Assembly: GCA_036444275.1 (NCBI GenBank) | Contig: JAZGAD010000033.1 | Location: 1-64,000, forward strand | Source: Candidatus Hydrothermarchaeales archaeon | Lineage (GTDB): Archaea > Hydrothermarchaeota > Hydrothermarchaeia > Hydrothermarchaeales > JAZGAD01 | Reading direction: 5' to 3' | DNA: 64,000 bases | In this document: positions 28,820 to 38,531 of the stretch, one piece after another | Position numbering within the stretch: the first letter of the stretch is position 1 | Layout of the letters: each line of letters starts with the position of its first letter | Made by a program: the position numbers and the translations under genes | The notes under the pieces: model-generated | Databases searched by the model: none | Told to the model about the DNA's origin: nothing | The model's input: the letters and a program-made list of their open reading frames with translations, nothing else

Positions 28820-29713
28820 ATGTTAGAAATCGCGGGAATCAAGGTAGAAGATACTTACTGCGAGGCATTTGATGGCCTCTTCTCGAGGATATTGATTACT
28901 GCAAGAGATGTGAAGAGGCTTAGGAAGGCGGCTCTAAGCGCAACGGCTCTGCCTTCTACTGTTTTCGATGAATCCGAGGGAGGAGTCGAGAAATGGGTGG
29001 AGAAAGATGAGACGCCTGACAAGAGAAAGGGAGCGATTGCTCAGATATGGGTCAACTACGGGAAAAATGCGCCTGAGAAGTTGGAGCATGAAGTGGCTAA
29101 ACGTATCAGACAAGGGGTCCTCGTTGTTCCAACTGCCTCGGTCTTCAATGCCCTTAAGTCAGCAGAGAGATTTGATGCAATGGAGAAGATAGGCCACTGC
29201 GGGGATGGCTACGAGACACTTGAGACGCGCTTTGGACGCGAAGTTATTAATATCCCCCTGATGATGGGAGAGTTCCTCATAGAGAGATACCTTGGCTATG
29301 CAAAGGGCGTGATGGGTGGCAATATATGGTTCTTCTGTGAGACTCAAGATGCGGCTTTGGAAGTAGGGGATAAAGCTGTTGAGGCTGTTGCCAAGATCGA
29401 TGGCGCTATAACCTCCTTTGATGTATGCTCAGCCGGCTCAAAGGTTGAAACTAAGTACCCTGAGATCGGTCCGACTACGAATCATCCATATTGTCCTACA
29501 CTAAGGACTATAATTAAGGATTCAATGGTACCTAAAGGTGTAGTGTCAATACCAGAGATAGTGATAAACGGCATTTCTCTTGATGCTGTAAGGGACGCGA
29601 TGAAGGCAGCTATGCTAAGTGCAGCTGGTGTAAGCGGTGTGGTCAAGATATCGGCTGGCAACTATGGAGGAAAGCTGGGGAGATATAAAATTTACTTAAG
29701 GGATATGCTGTAA
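28820..29713 (+). CDS. ftr: Formylmethanofuran-tetrahydromethanopterin formyltransferase
   Basis: EDTYCEAF, GVMGGN, SAGSK, TTNHPYCPTL, EIVING, SAGNYGGKLG. Confidence 0.93.
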   Translation: MLEIAGIKVEDTYCEAFDGLFSRILITARDVKRLRKAALSATALPSTVFDESEGGVEKWVEKDETPDKRKGAIAQIWVNYGKNAPEKLEHEVAKRIRQGVLVVPTASVFNALKSAERFDAMEKIGHCGDGYETLETRFGREVINIPLMMGEFLIERYLGYAKGVMGGNIWFFCETQDAALEVGDKAVEAVAKIDGAITSFDVCSAGSKVETKYPEIGPTTNHPYCPTLRTIIKDSMVPKGVVSIPEIVINGISLDAVRDAMKAAMLSAAGVSGVVKISAGNYGGKLGRYKIYLRDML

Positions 29714-30105
29714 TGAGTATATACTGAGCAATATATCTTGATTTACCATAACATGGACCAATATGGGATTTCTGCATTTCTTTATAGATTATAGGATATT
29801 TTAAGAAGCGAAAAAAGAGAGTATTACAAATTCTAGAAGTTTATATAAAAATAGGTCTATTATAATTTCTAAAACTAAATAAAGTGATGATGAAACATAT
29901 TGGAACAATTAGAAGTCATAATTAGTATTATTTATTTTTTAAGATTTTATTTTTCCATCGAGTACACTGCGAAAACAAAAAGGAACACAACTAAACTTAT
30001 TAAAACAAAAAGAGTGCTTTAACACGGATATTTAGTGCTCTAAAGCATAAAATTTCTACAAAACATATAAATAATGCTTATTAACCTCTATTAACAGTGG
30101 TAGAA

Positions 30106-30207
30106 ATGAAGGAAGTATATTTGTCCGTGCTCCTAGGCCTTGTAAGCGTCCTGCTGGGTATGGCTCTAACTCTATTCGTAAGCCCCAAACCACGGGTGGT
30201 TAGATGA
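30106..30207 (+). CDS. 33-aa single-TM micro-protein
   Basis: MKEVYLSVLLGLVSVLLGMALTLFVSPKPRVVR; ATGA overlap with next gene. Confidence 0.5.
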   Translation: MKEVYLSVLLGLVSVLLGMALTLFVSPKPRVVR

Positions 30208-30425
30208 AGTTCGGGAACACCGCCAACAAGATAAAGGCAATCTTGAATGTGATTTCCACGGGAGAGAAGATCAAGGGACGGGAGATAGTCAGGAGGCTTA
30301 AGCGTCTCGGGTATAGAGTGGACGAGGGGCACATAAAGATGTTTATCTATCACTACATGCTCTATAAGTATCTAATTAGAGAACGAATTAACGGGGTTAA
30401 CTATTACACTCTAAATCGTGCTTAA
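30204..30425 (+). CDS. Small basic winged-helix-like protein
   Basis: 73 aa; helix-helix-helix then beta wing (RERINGVNYY). Confidence 0.6.
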   Translation: MKFGNTANKIKAILNVISTGEKIKGREIVRRLKRLGYRVDEGHIKMFIYHYMLYKYLIRERINGVNYYTLNRA

Positions 30426-30475
30426 GTCTTAGGCCGCCAAAAGACTTTTAAAGGACTACCTACACCTTGTAGCCC

Positions 30476-30643
30476 ATGAATAATGTTAGGACCATTGTAT
30501 GCCCACATTGCAATAAGGAGATAAAACTGGACCTCATCCTCACAGACATACGAAAACTCGAATTAGGGATAGGGATAAAGGTTTTCAAAGAACAAGCAAA
30601 GGAAAAAGAAAAACAAGGCAAGAAAACAAAGAAATCCAAGTAG
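30476..30643 (+). CDS. 55-aa CPxC micro-protein with Lys-rich tail
   Basis: MNNVRTIVCPHCNKEIKLD...KKTKKSK; below ORF-track cutoff. Confidence 0.5.
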   Translation: MNNVRTIVCPHCNKEIKLDLILTDIRKLELGIGIKVFKEQAKEKEKQGKKTKKSK

Positions 30644-30648
30644 CTACC

Positions 30649-31140
30649 CTACCTGCCGAGCTCTTTCTTTGTGTATTCGACTAGGCCTCCAGATTCTAGT
30701 AGGTCGAAGAGGAACGTTGGTAAGGGCTTAAAGGACCGTCTCTTCTTGCTATCTAGATTTCTTACCTCACCCTTGGCGAAGTCTATCTCCAGCTTATCAC
30801 CGTCTTCAGCTTCTACCTTACATTCTACTAGAGGCAAACCTATGTTTATAGCGTTCCTGAAGAATATCCTAGCAAAGGAGCTTGCTACTACACAGACTAT
30901 GCCGCTTCCCACTAAAGCGCGGGGTGCATGCTCTCTGCTGGAGCCGCAACCAAAGTTCTTACCAGCTACGATTATGTCTCCCGGTTTAACGCGTTCAGCG
31001 AATTCTGGTCTTGCGTTCTCAAATGCATGCCTCGCTAATTCCTCTGGATCTCCGGTGGTAAGGTACTCTGCGGGTATGATCTGATCTGTGTCTACATTGG
31101 CACTGAATTTCCAGGCTCTGCCTTTGATCTTTTGTTTCAC
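30649..31140 (-). CDS. leuD: Isopropylmalate/homoaconitase-family dehydratase small subunit
   Basis: VDTDQIIP, NFGCGSSREHA, FARIFFRNAIN. Confidence 0.9.
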   Translation of the reverse strand: MKQKIKGRAWKFSANVDTDQIIPAEYLTTGDPEELARHAFENARPEFAERVKPGDIIVAGKNFGCGSSREHAPRALVGSGIVCVVASSFARIFFRNAINIGLPLVECKVEAEDGDKLEIDFAKGEVRNLDSKKRRSFKPLPTFLFDLLESGGLVEYTKKELGR

Positions 31141-31151
31141 TTCATGGCCTC

Positions 31152-32426
31152 CTATTCCAATTCTGTGGGATCAGTTATCCTTCCGGTGATAGCACTTGCA
31201 GCGACGACAGCTGGACTTGCTAGGTAGACCTCGCTGTCCTTGTGCCCCATCCTGCCCATAAAATTTCTATTAGTCGAGCTGATGCACCGCTCTCCACTAG
31301 CTAGGACACCCATATAGCCACCTAGGCATGCGCCGCAGGTTGGCCCGGAGACGTATGCATTTGCCTCCATGAGTACCTTCAGTAGGCCTTCTTTTAGTGC
31401 CTGCATGAATACTTCTTTGCTCGCCGGTACGACAATCATTCTTACCTGCGAGTGTACCTTCTTGTCCTTCAGTATCCTCGCAGCGATTCTAAGGTCCTCG
31501 ATCCGTCCATTGGTGCAAGAGCCCAGGTAGGCTTGGTCTATGGTTATATCGCCTAACTCTGACGCTGGTGCTGTGTTAGAGGGTAGAAAAGGCTTGGCCA
31601 CTGTAGGCTGGATCTCTGAGGCATCATATTCAAAGGTCTCAGCGTAGACTGCATCTTTATCAGCGTATACAGGGGTGTATCTGCCTCTAATTCTATCCTT
31701 TAGGTACTCAGAGACCTTTTCATCTGGTGGTATTATGCATGCCTTTGCTCCTGCCTCTACTGCCATGTTCGCAATAGTGATGCGGTCTGCCAAGTTCATT
31801 GCCTCTATCGTCGACCCATAAAACTCCATAGACTTGTATAAGGCGCCGTCTACGTCTATATCGCCTATGATGTGCAGTATTACGTCTTTTCCCGTTACGT
31901 ATCTGGCGAGCTCTCCCTCGACTATGTATTTCTGGGTTTCCGGCACCTTGAACCATAGCTTTCCAATTGCCATGGCTGATGCTGCTTCTGTAGAGCCTAC
32001 GCCTGTTGCAAATGCTCCTAGAGCACCATAGGTGCAGGAATGAGAATCTGCTCCTATTATCAGCCTTCCTGGTGCAGCGAAGCCCTGTTCTATCATCACC
32101 TGGTGGCATATACCGGCGCTGCCAACCTCGAAGTAGTTGGGCAGGGAATACTTCTTCGCGAAATCACGCATAGCTTTTGCCTGTTCAGCTGAAGCAACAT
32201 CCTTGTTGGGGACGTAGTGATCTGGAATGAGGACTACTTTCTCATTCATGGGTGTGGTATGGAATCCCTCGAAAACCTCAAATGCGGGCAGGCCGGTGAT
32301 ATCGTTGACCATGACATAGTCTACTTCTGCCTCCAGTATTTCGCCGGGAGAGACGTCTTTCCTCCCTGTTTTCATGGCAAGGATTTTCTCTGTTATTGTC
32401 ATAGTTGCCTCGGGGGGGATTAACAT
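31152..32426 (-). CDS. leuC: Isopropylmalate/homoaconitase-family dehydratase large subunit
   Basis: DHY, GICHQV, DSHSCT, GSCTNGR, CGACLG, STNRNF. Confidence 0.92.
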   Translation of the reverse strand: MLIPPEATMTITEKILAMKTGRKDVSPGEILEAEVDYVMVNDITGLPAFEVFEGFHTTPMNEKVVLIPDHYVPNKDVASAEQAKAMRDFAKKYSLPNYFEVGSAGICHQVMIEQGFAAPGRLIIGADSHSCTYGALGAFATGVGSTEAASAMAIGKLWFKVPETQKYIVEGELARYVTGKDVILHIIGDIDVDGALYKSMEFYGSTIEAMNLADRITIANMAVEAGAKACIIPPDEKVSEYLKDRIRGRYTPVYADKDAVYAETFEYDASEIQPTVAKPFLPSNTAPASELGDITIDQAYLGSCTNGRIEDLRIAARILKDKKVHSQVRMIVVPASKEVFMQALKEGLLKVLMEANAYVSGPTCGACLGGYMGVLASGERCISSTNRNFMGRMGHKDSEVYLASPAVVAASAITGRITDPTELE

Positions 32427-32494
32427 ATAAAAACCTTTACTTAGAGTTAAGAATTGGGCGTTCTACAAATAACGATGCCTGTAGGTAAAGCTAG

Positions 32495-33136
32495 TTAGAT
32501 GTATCTTCTCTGGAGGGCATTGCTATCATTATGGGCGAAGTATTCAGTACCGGTACGGTTTAGCTCCACCCCTATCGATGTGTGGCATCCTAGGCATGTG
32601 AAATAGCCCTTGGCATAATTAGCGCCGGTTTCGTTAAGATACTGGGAGTCGTAGCCGCTAGATTGGTCGAACCAGCGCTCATGAACATTTGTAATGTTGC
32701 CTAGCTTGGGTCCCATGCTTCTGGCTTCTGGATATAAAGTATCGTTCTCATAGGTCTCGTTGTCGCCGTGACAGCTCAGGTCTGTGCAAGGTCTGACGAG
32801 TATCTGGGTATGAGTCTCTATGGTTGTCTTCGCGAGGTGGCACATGCTGCAGAACTTGTTATCTGTAGAATTGCTCACGTTGGGATTCAGTAAAGTGGAA
32901 GTATAGGTTGCGTTGCCGGCTGCATTTCTATGGGCTAGGAGAACTTCTCTTGACTCTTGTGTCAGATTAAGTTCATCGAAGATGTACTCGTGACACGTGG
33001 TGCATCGGAACTCGGTGGCTCCTCCACTCTGGTTGAACTCCATCGTATGACTGCCTGCAAACCTAGCTGTGGCAGAGGGAAAGAGGTATATCCCGACAAT
33101 AAGCAATGAGAATATCAAAAGAATCTTCCATTCCAT
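32495..33136 (-). CDS. Secreted tetraheme c-type cytochrome (nanowire-like)
   Basis: Signal peptide then ARFAGSHT; CTTCH, CSMCH, CTDLSCH (CX4CH), CLGCH. Confidence 0.85.
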   Translation of the reverse strand: MEWKILLIFSLLIVGIYLFPSATARFAGSHTMEFNQSGGATEFRCTTCHEYIFDELNLTQESREVLLAHRNAAGNATYTSTLLNPNVSNSTDNKFCSMCHLAKTTIETHTQILVRPCTDLSCHGDNETYENDTLYPEARSMGPKLGNITNVHERWFDQSSGYDSQYLNETGANYAKGYFTCLGCHTSIGVELNRTGTEYFAHNDSNALQRRYI

Positions 33137-33263
33137 GACAATAATTCCGTGTTACAATTCATTTAAATATTCCCATCTCATATGAATGACATTGAAAGTA
33201 CTTTGCGCCACCTTCCAGAACATGCGCTTCCAGCGTAACTATGTATATCTCTAGGCACTAAAT

Positions 33264-34103
33264 TCATGCCTCGTATATCCTTGCGTATTTTCTACTTTCA
33301 AAGTTGGTGACAAGGGCGAAGAGGACGAGCACCACTATAATGAGAGGCCCATATTCATGGACGAACATGAGGCCCTCCCTGACAAAGTCGAACATGGGGT
33401 CCATGCCAGGCATATATGTCTTGTAAGGCATGAAATACCAGCCTATATTCTTTACTACCACCGGCTTTCCGTTGATCATAACCGCCTTTCCCACAATATT
33501 CTCCCTTGTGAGGGTCCATTCATCCAGACCGCCGAAGTCCCCTGCTGTCCGAATATATTCATTGCTAATCGATGATATCCTGTGAATGACGGGGTTTACT
33601 CCCGTAGGTGGTGTAAACATCACTATGTCACCTGCCTCAAAGTCCCTAGAGAATCCTTCCAGTAATACTATGTCTACAGCATATAAAGTGGGCACCATGG
33701 AATTGCTGAGAACCAGACCGAAGAAGAGCATATGCTTCAAGATGGCGATTCCTATAAGCATGAGCCCTAGGTAGCTGCTGGAGCGTATGACGTCTCTTAG
33801 CTCTGTTTTTTTCTCTAGTAGGAAGGTGTATTCATCTCTAACCCTCCTATCCATATCCTTTCTTTGAAAGCGTCTGTAAAGGTAGGTGAAGATGCTGGTA
33901 CATCCCCTCCACAAGGGCAGCACGTAGCCCTTCTTTTTTAGGTAATATAGAACGAAGGGAATCAATGCTATAGCTACGGAAAGAAGAACCGGCCTGAACG
34001 GCACATCATGGAGCATCTGAAAGAAGGACAGATAGGTTTGATAACCAGGTTGCACCTGGTAGCCATACTGATATTGATACTGGTATTGAAACTGGAATGC
34101 CAT
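33264..34103 (-). CDS. Signal peptidase I (S26/Sec11-type) with extra TMs
   Basis: SNSMVPTL, VIHRI, TAGD, IVGK; QY-repeat N-terminus. Confidence 0.85.
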   Translation of the reverse strand: MAFQFQYQYQYQYGYQVQPGYQTYLSFFQMLHDVPFRPVLLSVAIALIPFVLYYLKKKGYVLPLWRGCTSIFTYLYRRFQRKDMDRRVRDEYTFLLEKKTELRDVIRSSSYLGLMLIGIAILKHMLFFGLVLSNSMVPTLYAVDIVLLEGFSRDFEAGDIVMFTPPTGVNPVIHRISSISNEYIRTAGDFGGLDEWTLTRENIVGKAVMINGKPVVVKNIGWYFMPYKTYMPGMDPMFDFVREGLMFVHEYGPLIIVVLVLFALVTNFESRKYARIYEA

Positions 34104-34107
34104 CTTC

Positions 34108-34890
34108 TTACTCCGTAGATTTTACGCCGATTAAAAATATATACATCTTTTGCATCTGACCGACGATGTTATTAAAGTAGCTGCGGAACTCTCTTATAGG
34201 TAGAAATTCTATTCTTGGTGCTATCTCTTCCCCTATACCTTTTGCACCCGCTACTCTCCCAACCAAGTTTTCCTGCTTAAAAACCTTGGAGGTGTGGCAG
34301 ACCGGACAGGCTTGCATTATCACAGGCTTGTGGACATCGTGTAATCTCACAGCTTTCTTGGCGGAAAGATGGCAGAAAGAACACTTATTATCCCAAGGCG
34401 GCCTGACCACTCCGGATACTGGCATCCTCTTTAATGCTTCACCCCACAGTGGAACGCTAACTTTACTGGTGTTATATCCTCCTGGGTAGGCGTGGCATGG
34501 CGCACACTCTACTCCTTCTTCTCTCAGGCTGACGTTCTCAGGGTATTCGATCTTCCAGGGGGGGAGAAGAGAGGAGAAGTTAAAATGGATTTCGTGGATG
34601 TCGTATTCCCCGTCTTTCTGTACGTGGCAGTTCTTACACACCTTCTTTTGTATATGCGTCGAGTAGCGTGCGTTGCCCATCCTTCCCCCGGGCTTTGATC
34701 TATGGCATGGCTTTTCATAGCATGGATTAAATCTTTTTAGCTCAGGCCTATCTTCGACAAATCGTGTATGGCAGTCAGTGCAAAGTGCACCGGGATGCTT
34801 AGCGGGGTCTACATAAGGAGTATATCCATAAACAACACCGGCACCAACAAGAAGGATGCAAGCAAAAACCAAGAGCATGTTTCTAGCCAT
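34108..34890 (-). CDS. Multiheme c-type cytochrome (6 heme motifs)
   Basis: CTDCH, CYEKPCH, CKNCH, CAPCH, CSFCH, CPVCH; signal peptide from MARNML. Confidence 0.88.
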   Translation of the reverse strand: MARNMLLVFACILLVGAGVVYGYTPYVDPAKHPGALCTDCHTRFVEDRPELKRFNPCYEKPCHRSKPGGRMGNARYSTHIQKKVCKNCHVQKDGEYDIHEIHFNFSSLLPPWKIEYPENVSLREEGVECAPCHAYPGGYNTSKVSVPLWGEALKRMPVSGVVRPPWDNKCSFCHLSAKKAVRLHDVHKPVIMQACPVCHTSKVFKQENLVGRVAGAKGIGEEIAPRIEFLPIREFRSYFNNIVGQMQKMYIFLIGVKSTE

Positions 34891-34920
34891 ATCTACCCCA
34901 CCGGTATAAAAGAATAACAT

Positions 34921-34968
34921 AAAAAAATAAAAAAAAAGAAAGAGGGAAGGGACTTTTGTTTAGTCCCT
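34921..34968 (-). terminator. Hairpin plus long T-tract after cytochrome gene 34983-35753
   Basis: agggact/agtccct 7-bp stem at 34948-34968 followed on the minus strand by a run of about 17 nt that is nearly all T. Confidence 0.55.
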
Positions 34969-34982
34969 AAATCCTATTGGTT

Positions 34983-35753
34983 CTAGGTCCACACTGATAC
35001 ACCAGCGGTCTTGTTTAGATCCGTTGTGTTGAATCCAGTGACGCTTGGCTCGCTAACATTAAGGCTTCCATCGGGATTGATCTGAATGGTATACGTTGTC
35101 GCAGTGCTTCTGGTAATCCCAATGTTAACCCCGACGTGGGTGTGGCATCCCATACAAGCGTAGAAACCAGCCGTATATGCGGTGTCGTCTTCCCTATAGT
35201 AATTGGTATTATTATAACCCTCAAGTGCATCGAACCATCCACTGTGGGCCTCTGAACCAACTGTCAGCTTTGGTCCTACTTCTGCGCCTGATGGTATAGC
35301 ATTATCTCCAGAAGTATTACCTGTCTGATTCCAACCTTCCGCATTTCCAGTTGTATTGCCTCCGTGGCATCTGTTGTCAGTGCATACCCTAACCGTTACC
35401 ATGGTATGGGTACCTTCAATGGTAAGGTTTAGTTGATGGCAAAGCATGCATATGTTATCCGTAGTTACTGGGGACGGCGCATTATCGATATTTAGGTAGT
35501 TTGTGTAATTATCGTTTTCGTAGGCAAGCTTATGGGCGGTGAAGACATTGTCAGAGGGCGACCCAAAGCTCAGATTAATCTCGCCTGCAATGTAGTTATG
35601 ACAGATACCGCAACTCATATTCGCCATACCATCACTAGACATCTCCACGGTGTGAGAGCCGGCGAACCTAGCTGTAACACTCGGCAAGACATAGATACCT
35701 AATATCACTATACTAATCAAGGAGTATAACGCAACTTTCCGCATTCTACACAT
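34983..35753 (-). CDS. Secreted tetraheme c-type cytochrome (nanowire-like), paralog of 32495-33136
   Basis: ARFAGSHT; CGICH, CMLCH, CTDNRCH, CMGCH; many N-x-S/T sequons. Confidence 0.88.
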   Translation of the reverse strand: MCRMRKVALYSLISIVILGIYVLPSVTARFAGSHTVEMSSDGMANMSCGICHNYIAGEINLSFGSPSDNVFTAHKLAYENDNYTNYLNIDNAPSPVTTDNICMLCHQLNLTIEGTHTMVTVRVCTDNRCHGGNTTGNAEGWNQTGNTSGDNAIPSGAEVGPKLTVGSEAHSGWFDALEGYNNTNYYREDDTAYTAGFYACMGCHTHVGVNIGITRSTATTYTIQINPDGSLNVSEPSVTGFNTTDLNKTAGVSVWT

Positions 35754-35999
35754 CCTTCCATTCTTCTTTTAACTTTTAACCTTTCCTATAAATCTCTATT
35801 TCTTATATTTAAATCTTTGGCCCATTCACTGGGGGATTGCCTAATTATCCAACCTTGCCCAACGTTGGTTTTTCAGTCCTCTTCCATAGATAGGCATTCA
35901 TAGTAGATAAATATCCAGTTTACATCCCCGCTTCCTTAAAAGCATTTATGGACTCAGCCGCCATATTTGCTACAAGGGCAAGGGCCGGCGAATGAAACT

Positions 36000-36255
36000 G
36001 ACAACTGCCCATTCATGTATAATCCCCTTCAGACAGAGTATGACTTGGTGTGGCTTCCACCACTAGGTAAAGATACCTTTAATATCGGGAGCACTATTCC
36101 AGTTAAGTTCTCAATATGATTATTTAACAGGTAAATTCGTCGCAGACAACACTGTTATTGTGGATATCTATGATGTCACTATGAACAATGTCTTTAACGC
36201 TACTCACGGCGAGGGCGATGTTTTTGTCATAGGCGATATATCCCTCATTTCTTAA
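36000..36255 (+). pseudogene. Remnant of a TSP3-repeat/PxKF-domain surface protein
   Basis: DNCPFMYNPLQ...WLPPL...GSTIPVKFSI, then stop at 36117 and continuation in another frame. Confidence 0.55.
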
Positions 36256-36377
36256 CTCCTCCGTTGCTATGCTTCTAGCAATTACAGAGGTCTGGTGAAG
36301 CTCTCCATTCTCTCCATAAAGCATACAGACGCTAACCTTATATATTAAAATGAATAAATTTAATACACGGTGATATA

Positions 36378-36680
36378 ATGCCTGTTACAATTACAACGCG
36401 AGCTGAAGAAGGGTTAGTGAAGCTTATAGATGAGATAGCGAGAAAAGAGGGAATGGATAGGTCAACTGTGCTACGAAGATTCTTACTTAAAGGGACAAAA
36501 GAGTGGCTAATAGAAAACTCGCTGAAAGATTATGAAGATGGAAAGATAACCCTATGGCAGGCTGCTAAGAACTGCAATATCTCGCTCTGGGAGATGATAA
36601 ATGAGGTAAAAAAACGCAATATCCATGTCTCCTATACACTTGAAGAGCTGAAGAAGGATGTGAGGGGCCTGCATGGCTAG
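36378..36680 (+). CDS. RHH/UPF0175-family antitoxin
   Basis: DRSTVLR RHH; Y..GKITL.QAA...ISLWE. Confidence 0.85.
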   Translation: MPVTITTRAEEGLVKLIDEIARKEGMDRSTVLRRFLLKGTKEWLIENSLKDYEDGKITLWQAAKNCNISLWEMINEVKKRNIHVSYTLEELKKDVRGLHG

Positions 36681-37182
36681 GATGGTATCCAATGCGACTC
36701 ATCTGATCTATCTAGCAAAAATTGGAAAATTATATCTGATAAAATCGGTTTTTAAAGAAGTTGCTATACCAGAGGAAGTAAGGAGAGAAGTCGTAGACCG
36801 AGGAAAAGCGAGGGGAGAAAAGGATGCTTATATCATCGAGAAAGCAATCAATGCGGGTTGGATAAAGGTCTACGAAATAGAAAAATTAGAGCTTCCGATA
36901 AAGCTGGATGCAGGGGAAACAGCAGCTTTGAGTCTGGCAAAGAAGCTACATAAAGATGTCTTAATCGATGAAATATCAGCCAGAACTGCTGCAGAGATTA
37001 TTGGACTAACTCCGAGGGGTACAGTTTTTGTTCTTTTAAAGGCCCTTGAGATGAAAGAACTGAATTTTGAGGAGTTTCTAGAAACGCTGGCTCGACTAAT
37101 CCAAGAGGGCTTCAGGTTGAGAGAAGATGTTTATATAGAGGCTGTTGAAATCGCAGAGAAAATTCAGAGAGACAAAAAATAG
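36673..37182 (+). CDS. PIN-like DUF3368-family toxin
   Basis: VSNAT.LI.LAKIG, LDAGE..AL.LA, LIDE..AR, GT.FVL. Confidence 0.85.
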   Translation: MARMVSNATHLIYLAKIGKLYLIKSVFKEVAIPEEVRREVVDRGKARGEKDAYIIEKAINAGWIKVYEIEKLELPIKLDAGETAALSLAKKLHKDVLIDEISARTAAEIIGLTPRGTVFVLLKALEMKELNFEEFLETLARLIQEGFRLREDVYIEAVEIAEKIQRDKK

Positions 37183-37565
37183 GCAAAATACTTTCAAACA
37201 TGCTTACACCTCAAGGGATAAGGAAAGACTTGAAAGAAGGGAGACGTTCGTTAGTGAAAAGAATACGGTACTCCTGAATAAAATATAAGCAAAACCTGAA
37301 GAAAAGAATGCTGGAGCTTCTTGGCTATTTTGCAGACAAATTCTCTGAGGCAAGAGTTACAGAGGAAGACATAGGGAATGAGGTTGCTTTTAGCTGGTAG
37401 ATGAATTTGTGTCCGATCCTCTCCAGGTGATGAGGAGAGAGATATTTGGTTTGGATTTGAACAAACGCAAACGAAAAAAGTGACCTAAGGATTTAGGGAT
37501 TTAGTGTCGGCATTGGCATTGACAGAAATGCTTATACCTCATCATCCCATTATTATAATGGGAAA

Positions 37566-37866
37566 ATGGAAGAGACAACTATCGATGAGAGAGGCCGCAT
37601 CGTCGTACCTCAACCTATCCGAGAACGACTAGATATACACGCCGGCACCATATTCGAAATCAAAGAGGCAGAGGATAAGATCATCTAAAACCTGTGAGGA
37701 AAAAGAAAAAAACCATGAAAGACCTCTGCGGCCTTGATCCAGAAAGGACGGGAAAACCGGAATGGGCAACGCCAGAGGAGATCAAGAGCATTTGGGAATA
37801 GATACCAATGTTTTAGTATCCTTTTGGACAAGAGACATCCCAAGGGATGAACATCCCCCCCCCTGA
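37566..37866 (+). pseudogene. Decayed vapBC pair (frameshifted AbrB antitoxin, truncated VapC)
   Basis: MEETTIDERGRIVVP...; premature TAA at 37686 repaired by +1 nt gives ...EIKSIWE*; overlapping LGIDTNVLV PIN start ends at a C9 run. Confidence 0.75.
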
Positions 37867-37937
37867 GTTGGCACCAGATGAAAGAATAAAATAGAAAAAC
37901 GGAATTTATTTAAACTCCAGGATGAAGGGTATACATC

Positions 37938-38367
37938 ATGCAAGCGCGGGTCAGCCGTTTCAATATCCTCATAAAGAACCACATCCAGCTTATAGGTTCC
38001 AGGGGGGCTTGTGGAAGCGATAGCTAGGGACTACCACCTGAGGGGTTTCGTATACACTGATAAGAGCGGCTTTGTTAAGATAGTCTGCGAGGGTGTAAGG
38101 GGAGACGTAGATGGATTCCTAGACGACCTCCAGAGGATTTCCAGGGACGTGGAGATAGAGAAAAAGGAGATACGGGACGAAGCCTTCCTCCCAGATGAAT
38201 TCGGCAGAGTCGTTGTAGAAGATGAATACAGCCTCAGACTTGACAGGGGCCTCGAGCTATTAGGAGGGATTAAAAACAACCAGAAGACGATGATAGGCAA
38301 TCAATCCAGCATGATAGACAACCAAAAAACAATGATAAAGCTGTTAAGGAAGATCTCTGAGAAATAA
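37938..38367 (+). pseudogene. Acylphosphatase-like protein with heptad-repeat tail, frameshifted in a G6 run
   Basis: MQARVSRFNILIKNHIQLIGSRG / LVEAIAR..LRGFV...G.VKIVCEG; one extra G at 38002-38007. Confidence 0.65.
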
Positions 38368-38531
38368 ATAGCTTGCGACGTAGACGTAGCTAAATAAATA
38401 ATCATATTTCAATTCAACCAAATTATTTATCTTATCTAACTCCCACTTGTTTTTGGTACTGGGGAAAATTTAAAGAAGAGAACACTGCTATGCTATCTTA
38501 TACCCCTAGAATGAAGCAGAGGGACAGTAAG

